Below are positions 56,062 through 64,000 of a DNA stretch of 64,000 nucleotides, one piece after another. Under the pieces are notes generated by a model, which did no database searches, was not told where the DNA came from, and worked only from the letters and a program-made list of their open reading frames with translations. Position 1 is the stretch's first letter; each line of letters opens with the position of its first letter. This stretch comes from Acidobacteria bacterium UBA823 (GTDB lineage Bacteria; Acidobacteriota; Vicinamibacteria; Vicinamibacterales; UBA823), in contig DBHR01000105.1 of the NCBI GenBank assembly GCA_002296225.1, forward strand, positions 2,619 to 66,618, read 5' to 3'. Both the position numbers and the translations under genes were made by a program.

Positions 56062-58506
56062 TTAGACGTCGCGAATCAGCCGACGGCTTTCGAAAGCGCC
56101 GTCGGCCGTGCGATAAGTGAGCGCCCCGTCGTTGAGACCCACCTCAATGTGACCGTCCTTCAATCGACCCCGAATCAACTCCTCCGACAGCGGGTCCTCG
56201 ACGTAACGCTGGATGGCGCGACGCAGTGGCCGCGCCCCATACGAGCGGTCCTTGCACGTCTGGTCGATAATCCAGCGAAGCGCATCGGGTGCTAGGGTGA
56301 CCCGCAACTGACGATCCCCAAGGTGGTCATTGAGCTGGGCAACCAGCAGCCTCGTGATTTGTTCGAGGTCGGCATCGGACAAAGCCTCAAACACGATCGT
56401 CTCGTCGATCCGGTTGATGAATTCAGGATTGAAGATGCGCTTGACCTCGCTCAACACCATATCGTTAACGCTGCGGCTGATCTCCTTCGCGTCAGCGGAC
56501 TGAAACCCGAGCGACGCCTTCTTCTGCATATGCCGCGCCCCGATGTTCGACGTCATGATCAGGATTGTGTTCTTGAAATTGACGCGATTTCCTAGCCCAT
56601 CGGTTAGATGCCCTTCCTCAAACACCTGCAGCAGGATGTTAAACAGGTCAGGGTGCGCCTTCTCGATTTCGTCGAGGAGCACCACGGAATATGGGTTTCG
56701 CTTCACCTTTTCGGTGAGCTGCCCACCCTCCTCATACCCCACGTAGCCCGGCGGCGAGCCGATCAGCTTCGATACAGAGTGCTTCTCCATGTACTCGGAC
56801 ATGTCGAATCGGATGAGAGCCGAGTCAGCCCCAAACAGGAAATTCGCCAACGCCCGGGCCAGTTCGGTCTTGCCGACCCCAGTCGGCCCAAGAAACACGA
56901 AGCTACCAACTGGTCGGGTGGGCGCCTTCAGGCCGGCACGCGACCGTCGAATCGCGCGCGATAGCGCTGAGACCGCCTTATCCTGGCTAACAACACGACG
57001 GTGCAGCTCCTCTTCCATCCGGAGAAGTTTGTCGCTCTCGTCCTCGTTGATGGCTGTAAGCGGCACACCGGTCCAGCTGGAAACAACTTCATCAATCTCT
57101 TGTTTGCCGACGCTTGCCCGGCGTGTAGTTGACTTCACGTCAAATTTCTCCCGGACGAACTGGAGACTCTCTCGCGCGATGACCTCCTGCTCCCGGAAGA
57201 ACTGCGCCTTCTCGTAGTCCTTTTGGGCGGCAGCGCTTTCCATCTGCTCGACCGCAACCCGGATACTCTTGTTGATTTCGCCGAATTCCTCACTGTGACC
57301 AGCGTCGCGTAGCTTAGCGCGTGCGCCGGCCTCGTCAACGAGGTCGATCGCCTTGTCCGGCAGGAACCGATTAGTGATGTAGCGACTCGACTGATAAACC
57401 GCCGCGTCGAGTGCTTCTTCCGTGTACTCCACGTGATGGAACGCCTCATAGCGATCTTTCACGCCGGACAGGATCTGTATGGTCTCGTCTTCGGTGGGCG
57501 GGTCTACCTTCACCGCTTGGAAGCGCCGCTCAAGCGACCGATCCTTCTCGATGTACTTCCGGTACTCAGCCGGCGTAGTAGCACCGATACAGCGGATCTC
57601 GCCGCGAGAGAGCGCAGGCTTGAGGATGTTCGCCGCATCTAAGGAACCTTCAGCTGAGCCAGCACCCACGAGCGTGTGCAGTTCATCAATGAAAACGATG
57701 ATATTCTGATTTTCGGTCAGTTCTTTCATGATCGCCTTCAGGCGCTCTTCGAACTGGCCCCGATACTTCGTACCCGCAACGATGAGCGAGATATCAAGCG
57801 CCAGCAGACACTTGTCACCGAGGAAGTGCGGAACGTCACCCCGTGCGATCTTCTGGGCTAAGCCCTCAACGATCGCGGTTTTTCCCACGCCAGGTTCCCC
57901 AATGAAAACCGCGTTGTTTTTCGTGCGGCGACAGAGCACCTGCTGCACGCGCTCCAGCTCTACCTCGCGGCCGACGAGCGGGTCCAACTCACCCTTCATG
58001 GCCGAGTCGGTAAGATCGCGCGAGAATTCAGCCAAAAGTGGAGTCTCTTTCACTCGCGTGACGGTCGTCTTCTCGTTGAGTAACGCTACAACGTCCTCGC
58101 GGACACCGTTGAGCCGCATCCCTTGTTCCATGAGGATCGAGGCCGCCACGGAGTGCTCTTCGCGCAGGATGCCCAGCAGGAGATGCTCGGTGCCAATGTA
58201 GTTATGTAGCAACCGATCGGCTTCTTCGGCCGCAAACTGGAGCACGCGCTTGGTCTCTCCGCTGAATGGGATCTCCACCGACGTCGAGACCTTCTCCCGG
58301 AAGATCGTGTGGCCCACAATTTCCTTCCGGATTGTTTCAAATGAGAGATGGGAACGTGCGACGATCCGACTCGTGAGTCCCTTGCCCTCACGGATCAGTC
58401 CTAAGAGCAGATGTTCGGTCTCGATCGAGATGCTGCCGAGTTGACTCGCCTCGTAGCGCGCAAAGAACAGCACACGCCGAGCCCGTTCTGTATACCGTTC
58501 GAACAT
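56062..58506 (-). CDS. clpC: ATP-dependent Clp protease ATP-binding subunit ClpC-type (Clp/Hsp100)
   Basis: Clp_N repeats [27 protein letters not shown]1 GEPGVGKT, a UVR-like linker ([13 protein letters not shown]) and NBD2 GPTGVGKT. The start is trimmed to the ATG at 58506. Confidence 0.92.
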   Translation of the reverse strand: MFERYTERARRVLFFARYEASQLGSISIETEHLLLGLIREGKGLTSRIVARSHLSFETIRKEIVGHTIFREKVSTSVEIPFSGETKRVLQFAAEEADRLLHNYIGTEHLLLGILREEHSVAASILMEQGMRLNGVREDVVALLNEKTTVTRVKETPLLAEFSRDLTDSAMKGELDPLVGREVELERVQQVLCRRTKNNAVFIGEPGVGKTAIVEGLAQKIARGDVPHFLGDKCLLALDISLIVAGTKYRGQFEERLKAIMKELTENQNIIVFIDELHTLVGAGSAEGSLDAANILKPALSRGEIRCIGATTPAEYRKYIEKDRSLERRFQAVKVDPPTEDETIQILSGVKDRYEAFHHVEYTEEALDAAVYQSSRYITNRFLPDKAIDLVDEAGARAKLRDAGHSEEFGEINKSIRVAVEQMESAAAQKDYEKAQFFREQEVIARESLQFVREKFDVKSTTRRASVGKQEIDEVVSSWTGVPLTAINEDESDKLLRMEEELHRRVVSQDKAVSALSRAIRRSRAGLKAPTRPVGSFVFLGPTGVGKTELARALANFLFGADSALIRFDMSEYMEKHSVSKLIGSPPGYVGYEEGGQLTEKVKRNPYSVVLLDEIEKAHPDLFNILLQVFEEGHLTDGLGNRVNFKNTILIMTSNIGARHMQKKASLGFQSADAKEISRSVNDMVLSEVKRIFNPEFINRIDETIVFEALSDADLEQITRLLVAQLNDHLGDRQLRVTLAPDALRWIIDQTCKDRSYGARPLRRAIQRYVEDPLSEELIRGRLKDGHIEVGLNDGALTYRTADGAFESRRLIRDV

Positions 58507-58570
58507 CCCGATCTCAATTCGCGACTGGGGAACCGCTCCCATAGTGAAGAGCACGTCCCACAAAAGCCCC

Positions 58571-58576
58571 ATTATA
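58571..58576 (-). promoter_or_regulatory. Consensus TATAAT -10 box upstream of clpC with AT-rich UP-like tract
   Basis: The minus strand reads gatgccgTATAATgggg, about 65 nt upstream of the clpC ATG. An unusually AT-rich tract (58614..58638, aagatttaggaaaatgaataagtta on the minus strand) lies about 40-70 nt further upstream. Confidence 0.45.
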
Positions 58577-58747
58577 CGGCATCGACCGCCTTGGATAAGG
58601 AGCTCATGTGCCGTAACTTATTCATTTTCCTAAATCTTGCGGCCACGGTGTCGCACGTTTGCGACTGGGGCCAGAGCCGTAGCCCACCGGGTCGGCCGAT
58701 AAACGAGGCCTGGACGAAAGGCACCCCCGGCCCGAACGCCTATCAGA

Positions 58748-59422
58748 TCACGCCGGCCACAGCCGACCCGACTCAAGCCTCAGCACACGGTCGCAGCCGT
58801 CAGCCAGCCGCATGTTATGCGTAGCAATGATGGAGGTGAGCTGCTGTTCGCGATGTATTTCGCGGAGCAGTTCGTGAAGAACGCGAGCCGTTGCCTCGTC
58901 GAGGTCTCCGGTCGGCTCATCGGCCAGCAGAAGGACTGGTTCCATCGTGAGCGCCCTAGCAATCGCCACCCGCTGTTGCTCACCACCAGACAACATCCCT
59001 GGACGGTGGTCGAGCCGAGCACCCAAGCCCACCCGTTCGAGAAGCGCCGTCGCTTGAGGGCGCGCGTCGTCTGGCGTCTTCCTGGCGATACGCAGTGGCA
59101 TCTCGGCGTTCTCGAGCGCCGTGAACTCAGGGAGAAGATGATGAAACTGAAAAATAAAGCCGACTTGTGAGTGCCGAAAGCCAACACGCTCCGCATCCGA
59201 GAGGGTCGCAACGTCGACGCCACCAATCCGGATAGAACCATCATCAACGGAATCAAGTCCACCCAACAGGTGCAACAACGTGCTCTTCCCAACGCCGGAT
59301 GCGCCCACGATGGCGACCATCTCACCCGTGTCGACAGCAAGCTCGAGGTCCCGGAGCACCGGTATGGGGCCACGCTGTGCCAAATACGACTTCGATAGCC
59401 GAGCGACCTCGATATACGGCAT
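58748..59422 (-). CDS. lolD: Lipoprotein-releasing ABC transporter ATP-binding protein LolD
   Basis: 224 aa with Walker A GASGVGKST, the signature LSGGEQQRVAIARAL and Walker B LLLADEPTG. It lies downstream of the LolC/E-type permease. Confidence 0.88.
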   Translation of the reverse strand: MPYIEVARLSKSYLAQRGPIPVLRDLELAVDTGEMVAIVGASGVGKSTLLHLLGGLDSVDDGSIRIGGVDVATLSDAERVGFRHSQVGFIFQFHHLLPEFTALENAEMPLRIARKTPDDARPQATALLERVGLGARLDHRPGMLSGGEQQRVAIARALTMEPVLLLADEPTGDLDEATARVLHELLREIHREQQLTSIIATHNMRLADGCDRVLRLESGRLWPA

Positions 59423-59427
59423 ACCGT

Positions 59428-60663
59428 TTACTGGTACCGCAGCGCCTGCGCGGGATCGAGCCTAGAGGCTTGACGGGATGGATAGATCGTGGCGACAAAG
59501 CAGACGGCGATCGCCGACGCCAGCACCCACACGATGTCAAACGGCTCCAGCGTGAAGGGCACGTAAGTCACCTGATACACGTCACTTGGCAACTGTACCA
59601 ACTCGTACCGGTCAAGAATCTCAGTCGCGGCCACGCCTCCAATCGCGCCAGCCACTGTGCCAACAAATCCGATAATTAATCCCTGCAACATGAAGATCAC
59701 CGTGATGCTCCTAGCGCTCGTCCCCATCGTCTTGAGAATCGCGATATCTCGGCTCTTATCCATGACAAGCAGAATGAGCGACGCGACGATGTTGAGCGCA
59801 GCGACCAGCACGACCAGGCCGACGGTGATCGAGATCGCCATCTTCTCGAGCAAGAGTGCCGAAAAGAGCGACCGGTTCAGATCGGACCAGTCCTGGGTTA
59901 AGTAACTCGAGCCGAACTCCCGCATAATCGACGCCGCGACATCGGGTGCCGCGTACAAGTCGTCAACCTTGAGTTCTAGAAATTCGGCACCCGGGCGATC
60001 CAATAACCTAGCAGCCACGTCGAGCCGCACGTAGCCGTAGGCCGTATCGAACTGGTGGAATCCCATGTCGAAGATGCCGACAACACGGAAGCGTCTAGCA
60101 CGAGGCATCACGCCAAGCGGCGTCAGCCTTCCTTTCGGCGTCAGCAGCGTGACCTCGTCACCGACGAACGCCCCGAGCTTAGCCGCGAGCCCATTACCGA
60201 TGACAAGGCCCTCAGGCGCGCCGGGACCCGGCGGTGCGAGCGCATCGAGGCTGCCGTCAAAGATTGCGGATCCGATTTCAGTGACCTCCACCTCAAGATC
60301 GGGCTCGATCCCCTTGACGGTGATGAACGCCTCACCCGTATCAGTCGTCGCCAGAGCCTGGCCCAAAATAACGGGCGCCACGCCGGTAACCCGAGGTAGC
60401 TGACGGAGTCGCTCAAGGTCACTCTCATAATCGGCCATGCCTACCTCGCCGAGCTTCCAGACGTAGACGTGCGCTGCCGAGCCGACGATCCGATCGCGCA
60501 GTTCCTGCTGCAGTCCGGTCATCAGAGCGAGCGCGATGAGCAGCGCCATCACGCCTACTGCCACGCCGATAGTCGAAATGACTGAGATTAGGGAAATAAA
60601 CGCCTGTCGCCGACGGGCCAGCAGATACCGCAGCGCGATGTAGAGTTCAAACGGTAGGCGCAT
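59428..60663 (-). CDS. lolC: Lipoprotein-releasing ABC transporter permease LolC/LolE family
   Basis: 411 aa with the FtsX-type 4-TM topology and a large periplasmic loop. N-terminus LPFELYIALRYLLARRRQAFISLIS. Confidence 0.85.
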   Translation of the reverse strand: MRLPFELYIALRYLLARRRQAFISLISVISTIGVAVGVMALLIALALMTGLQQELRDRIVGSAAHVYVWKLGEVGMADYESDLERLRQLPRVTGVAPVILGQALATTDTGEAFITVKGIEPDLEVEVTEIGSAIFDGSLDALAPPGPGAPEGLVIGNGLAAKLGAFVGDEVTLLTPKGRLTPLGVMPRARRFRVVGIFDMGFHQFDTAYGYVRLDVAARLLDRPGAEFLELKVDDLYAAPDVAASIMREFGSSYLTQDWSDLNRSLFSALLLEKMAISITVGLVVLVAALNIVASLILLVMDKSRDIAILKTMGTSARSITVIFMLQGLIIGFVGTVAGAIGGVAATEILDRYELVQLPSDVYQVTYVPFTLEPFDIVWVLASAIAVCFVATIYPSRQASRLDPAQALRYQ

Positions 60664-60676
60664 AATGGTCAGAGCA

Positions 60677-62179
60677 TCACTCGCGCCGTGGCCGCATTAG
60701 CGGAAAGAGGATGACATCGCGGATCGAATGGCTGTCGGTTAGCAGCATCACCAAACGATCGATGCCAATCCCCTCCCCCGCGGTCGGAGGCAGGCCGTAC
60801 TCGAGCGCACGCAGGTAGTCCTCGTCCATGGCATGCGCTTCTAGATCGCCCTTCTGCCGGTTCTGGCGCTGGGCTTCGAAACGACGCCGCTGCTCCGCTG
60901 GATCGTTCAGCTCGCTAAAAGCGTTGGCAATCTCGAGCCCGCCAGCGTACAGTTCGAACCGCTCGACGGTTTCCGGGTCGTCGGCCCGCTGCTTCGACAG
61001 CGGCGAGATCTCTGTCGGATAGTCGTAGACGAACGTCGGCTGGATAAGCGCAGCTTCGCAGAGTGCCTCAAACAGAACCAGGACAATTTTGCCAGCGGGT
61101 GCATCGAGCGGAATGTCGACTTCGAGCTGGCTTGCCAACTCTGCGACCGACTCGCGGACGCGGAGCGTGCCATCTTCGATGGTCCGACCGAGCCGCGCAG
61201 ACGCCGCCTTTTGCACCGCACTCCGGAGGGACACGCGCGCGTAGGGCGCCGCAAACGAAATCTGGTGCGTACCAAAAGCAACCTCGTCCGAGCCCGTCGC
61301 GTGCCGCGCGACCTCCGATAGCATCTGCTCAGTCAAATCCATCAAATCCCGATAGTCGCTAAAGGCTTGGTAGAACTCCAGCATCGTGAATTCAGGATTG
61401 TGCTGCGTTGAAATCCCTTCATTCCGGAAGTTCCGGTTGATTTCGTAGACCCGTTCGATACCTCCCACCACTAGTCGCTTCAGGTAGAGTTCGGGCGCAA
61501 TTCGAAGGTAAAGGTCAAGATCGAGCGCGTTGTGATGGGTCGTAAACGGTCGCGCCAAGGCGCCACCCGCGATGCTCTGCATCATCGGCGTCTCAACCTC
61601 CAGATACTGACGCGCGTTCATAAAGTCCCGTAGCCCTGAGAGCACTCGGCTGCGTACTTCGAAGACGTGGCGGGCCTCAGGATTTACAATAAGGTCTAGG
61701 TAACGCTGTCGGTATCGGATCTCAACATCGCTCAGCCCATGCCACTTTTCTGGAAGCGGACTCAAGCACTTCGCCAAAAACTCGATCCGCGATGCCCAAA
61801 TGGTAAGTTCGTTGGTGCGCGTCCGGAAGAGCTTCCCCTCGACACCGACTAAGTCGCCGAGGTCGAGCAATTTAAACAGCGAAAAATCGTCTTCCGATAA
61901 GCTGTCCTTCCGTACGTAGACTTGAAGCCGCAGCCGTCCATCGGACAGTACAAGGAAATTCGCCTTGCCGAAGCTTCGGATACCGAGAATCCGCCCAGCT
62001 GTAGTCGTCTTGGGTTGGGCAGCCTCTAACGCGTCACCGGTCTGGGTACCGTGGCGGTCAATTAGCGCCGCGATTGTGTCAGTACAAGGAAAGGCGTGAG
62101 GGTAGAGCGCCCGTCCAAGACGGCCGACTTTCGCCATGTTGCTGCGTCGCTGCGCGAGTTGATCGGTTTCGTTCGTCAT
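60677..62179 (-). CDS. lysS: Lysine--tRNA ligase (class II)
   Basis: 500 aa with an OB-fold N-domain (GRILGIRSFGKANFLVLSDG.LRLQVYV) and class-II motifs FRNEGIS and GLPPTAGEGIGIDRLVMLL. Confidence 0.95.
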   Translation of the reverse strand: MTNETDQLAQRRSNMAKVGRLGRALYPHAFPCTDTIAALIDRHGTQTGDALEAAQPKTTTAGRILGIRSFGKANFLVLSDGRLRLQVYVRKDSLSEDDFSLFKLLDLGDLVGVEGKLFRTRTNELTIWASRIEFLAKCLSPLPEKWHGLSDVEIRYRQRYLDLIVNPEARHVFEVRSRVLSGLRDFMNARQYLEVETPMMQSIAGGALARPFTTHHNALDLDLYLRIAPELYLKRLVVGGIERVYEINRNFRNEGISTQHNPEFTMLEFYQAFSDYRDLMDLTEQMLSEVARHATGSDEVAFGTHQISFAAPYARVSLRSAVQKAASARLGRTIEDGTLRVRESVAELASQLEVDIPLDAPAGKIVLVLFEALCEAALIQPTFVYDYPTEISPLSKQRADDPETVERFELYAGGLEIANAFSELNDPAEQRRRFEAQRQNRQKGDLEAHAMDEDYLRALEYGLPPTAGEGIGIDRLVMLLTDSHSIRDVILFPLMRPRRE

Positions 62180-62195
62180 GACCCGTTACCTGGCC

Positions 62196-62681
62196 TCAAC
62201 TAACCGACGATCGGTTCTCGGCGTCGAGCCGCTGCCTGATGTCGTCGAGCACGCCATTAACGAACGCCACCGCTTTGTCGTCGCTGAACGTTCTGGCTAA
62301 CTCGAGCGCTTCGTTGATCACAACCGCACGTGGTGTAAGCTCGTCCTCGCACCTATACAGAAACTCGAAGACCGCAATCCGTATAATCAGGCGGTCGACC
62401 ACAGCCATACGTGACAGTCGCCAATGTTGAGAACTTCCCGTAATGAGTTGATCGATTTCCGTGAGGTGCGCAGCGGTACCTCGCGCCAGCCACGTGGCAA
62501 ATTCTCGCTGTGGCGGGTCGGACTTCGGCCTATCGAAGGTCTCGAACGCGAGGTCTATCGGAATCTTGCCGATCTCGCTTTGATACAGCACCTGGAGCGC
62601 CGCTTCACGACTCTGATGCCGTGTCAGCGTAACTGGAACATCGGCTTCATCATGGCGGGCGCCGCGCCGCGCGATGCTCAC
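62196..62681 (-). CDS. nusB: Transcription antitermination factor NusB
   Basis: 161 aa with SREAALQVLYQSEI and VDRLIIRIAVFEFLY. It shows the ribH-nusB order and overlaps ribH by 4 nt. Confidence 0.88.
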   Translation of the reverse strand: MSIARRGARHDEADVPVTLTRHQSREAALQVLYQSEIGKIPIDLAFETFDRPKSDPPQREFATWLARGTAAHLTEIDQLITGSSQHWRLSRMAVVDRLIIRIAVFEFLYRCEDELTPRAVVINEALELARTFSDDKAVAFVNGVLDDIRQRLDAENRSSVS

Positions 62682-63190
62682 CCGCTCTCCCCCGTCGGTT
62701 CACCCCGAGTGAGCCCGCGGCACACAGTTGCTAGCTCGACAGCGGCCATGGCCGCCTCCCATCCTTTACACGAACGAAAATCCGATGAACTATCGCCAGC
62801 ACGTGCTATCGCCTCATCGATCGAGTTTGTGGTTAAAACACCGAACGCCATCGGAATCCCTGTCTCAGCTGACGCAGTCGTGATACCGTGCGCCACCGCC
62901 GAAGCAATGAATTCAAAGTGCAGGGTTTCACCTTTAATAACGCATCCTAGGCAGACGATCGCATCGAATCGACCAGTTTCCGCCGCGTGGCGGGCGGCCA
63001 AAGTTATCTCGAACGTTCCCGGAACTGCGAATACTTCCACGGCCTCGTCGGCTACGCCGGCCTCCCGGAGTGCTGCGACCGCACCTTGTTGTAACCGATG
63101 CGTCACGTCGTGGTGGTACCGCGACACGACCAACGCTACGTGAAGCCCACGCGCATCTGGTAGAACTGAGGAATCGAACGGACGGGTCAC
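62678..63190 (-). CDS. ribH: 6,7-dimethyl-8-ribityllumazine synthase
   Basis: 170 aa with VALVVSRYHHDVT..L..GA, then VPGTFEI, LGCVIKGET.HFEFI and FGVLTT. Confidence 0.92.
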   Translation of the reverse strand: MTRPFDSSVLPDARGLHVALVVSRYHHDVTHRLQQGAVAALREAGVADEAVEVFAVPGTFEITLAARHAAETGRFDAIVCLGCVIKGETLHFEFIASAVAHGITTASAETGIPMAFGVLTTNSIDEAIARAGDSSSDFRSCKGWEAAMAAVELATVCRGLTRGEPTGESG

Positions 63191-63202
63191 TGGTGGGCGA
63201 CC

Positions 63203-63985
63203 TCACGCACCCTTGAAGACCGGTTTGCGCTTTTCCAGAAACGCGCGAGTCCCTTCCCGCATATCCTCGGTCGACACAACCAACCCGAACAACGAGGCCT
63301 CATGGACCGCTGCCTGCGCAAGGGGCATCTCCAGCCCGTCATTAACTGCCGCGATTATCGCGCGCACGGCGGTCGGCGCCTTGGTGGCCAATACGGCCGC
63401 CAGCGCCAAGGCCTCGGTCATGAGTTCAGCGTCCGGAATGACTCGGTTGACCAGGCCTATTCGGTAAGCCTCCTCAGCATCGATGTGGGCTCCTGTCAGA
63501 AGCAACTCCAGTGCCCGCCCTTTACCGACCAGTCGAGGAAGACGCTGCGACCCGGCGTAGCCGGGGATGATGCCAAGATTAATCTCCGGTTGGCCGAGCT
63601 TCGCAGAGTCCGCGGCCAGGCGGATGGTGCACGCCATTGCGAGCTCACACCCTCCGCCAAGAGCGTAGCCATTGATCGCGGCAATGACTGGCTTACCCAG
63701 ACGCTCAATCCGATCGAGCAATGCTTGTCCGCGCTGCGCGTGCAAGCTGCCACTCACTGGCGTCTGCTCCGCGAGCTCGTTAATGTCAGCGCCTGCCACG
63801 AATGCCTTCTCACCGACCCCCGTCAGCACGACGCAGCGGATGGACTCATCGCTAGCCACCTCCGTCATGACCTGACTCAGCTCGCTAATCGTCCGACGAT
63901 TGAGCGCATTCAACGCTTTCGGGCGATTGATCGTGACGATAATGATGGCATTTTCACGCGCCACCTTGATGTTCTCAAAAGTCAT
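63203..63985 (-). CDS. Enoyl-CoA hydratase/crotonase
   Basis: 260 aa with IIIVTINRPKALNALN, VLTGVGEKAFVAGADI, and INGYALGGGCELAMACT (oxyanion hole and catalytic Glu region). Confidence 0.88.
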   Translation of the reverse strand: MTFENIKVARENAIIIVTINRPKALNALNRRTISELSQVMTEVASDESIRCVVLTGVGEKAFVAGADINELAEQTPVSGSLHAQRGQALLDRIERLGKPVIAAINGYALGGGCELAMACTIRLAADSAKLGQPEINLGIIPGYAGSQRLPRLVGKGRALELLLTGAHIDAEEAYRIGLVNRVIPDAELMTEALALAAVLATKAPTAVRAIIAAVNDGLEMPLAQAAVHEASLFGLVVSTEDMREGTRAFLEKRKPVFKGA

Positions 63986-64000
63986 ACCCGTTCCTCGCCG

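Noticed and set aside
58650-58665. A hairpin GTCGCA-cgtt-TGCGAC between lolD and clpC, considered as a possible intrinsic terminator.
   Set aside because: The stem is only 6 bp and no U-tract follows on the transcribed (minus) strand. That is too weak to call a terminator.
1-64000. A search by eye for tRNA, rRNA or tmRNA genes, CRISPR repeats, IS or transposase, integrase, phage, toxin-antitoxin or restriction-modification genes, and riboswitches (for example FMN upstream of ribH or ribF).
   Set aside because: Nothing was found. All gaps longer than 90 bp (481-608, 13022-13120, 19708-19883, 27984-28132, 41809-41994, 52543-52640, 53223-53382, 58507-58747) look like promoter or leader regions. 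Covariance-model scans (tRNAscan-SE, Infernal/Rfam) would be needed to exclude small RNAs formally.

Overview
This is a dense, high-GC (judged by eye, not computed) bacterial chromosomal segment with about 59 protein-coding genes. I found no rRNA, tRNA, CRISPR array, transposase, integrase or phage genes. Nearly every ORF is recognisable housekeeping.

**Gene content by function:**
- Aminoacyl-tRNA ligases: cysS (partial), alaS, leuS, lysS.
- Pyrimidine and riboflavin metabolism: carAB, ribF, ribH-nusB.
- Chaperones and proteolysis: hrcA-grpE-dnaJ, clpC.
- Fatty-acid and lipid synthesis: yceD-rpmF-plsX-fabD-fabG-acpP-fabF.
- Electron transfer: etfBA plus ETF-ubiquinone oxidoreductase.
- Outer-membrane biogenesis: bamA-skp, a FabZ-LpxA fusion, lpxI, lptE, lolCD, tonB.
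- Menaquinone synthesis by the futalosine route: mqnA, one radical-SAM MqnC/E enzyme, an amidohydrolase, UbiA-like, ubiX, ubiE.
- Other: bshC.

**Organisation.** From 23.9 kb to the right edge every gene lies on the minus strand, and many junctions are 4-11 nt overlaps.

**Likely host.** The combination of diderm envelope genes, futalosine pathway, bacillithiol and PEGA-domain Hanks kinases suggests an Acidobacteriota- or Gemmatimonadota-like organism. This is inference only.

**Novelty.** I do not see a self-contained accessory island or an obviously new multi-gene system. The items most worth follow-up are single-gene or architectural oddities inside core operons:
1. A paralog of the MqnC/MqnE radical-SAM enzyme that has lost the CxxxCxxC cluster motif, yet is translationally coupled to mqnA.
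2. An in-frame FabZ-LpxA fusion in a cluster that lacks lpxD.
3. A transmembrane PEGA-domain predicted pseudokinase whose stop overlaps the carA start.
4. A DUF374 acyltransferase-like gene and an HDAC-family deacetylase gene joined by an ATGA overlap.
5. An xdhC-like gene heading the hrcA-grpE-dnaJ unit, which has no dnaK and no CIRCE element.
6. A 21-bp-spaced direct repeat bracketing a consensus -10 box directly upstream of tonB.

Several starts in the ORF track look over-extended, and I trimmed them to internal starts that restore typical N-termini or 4-nt overlaps.
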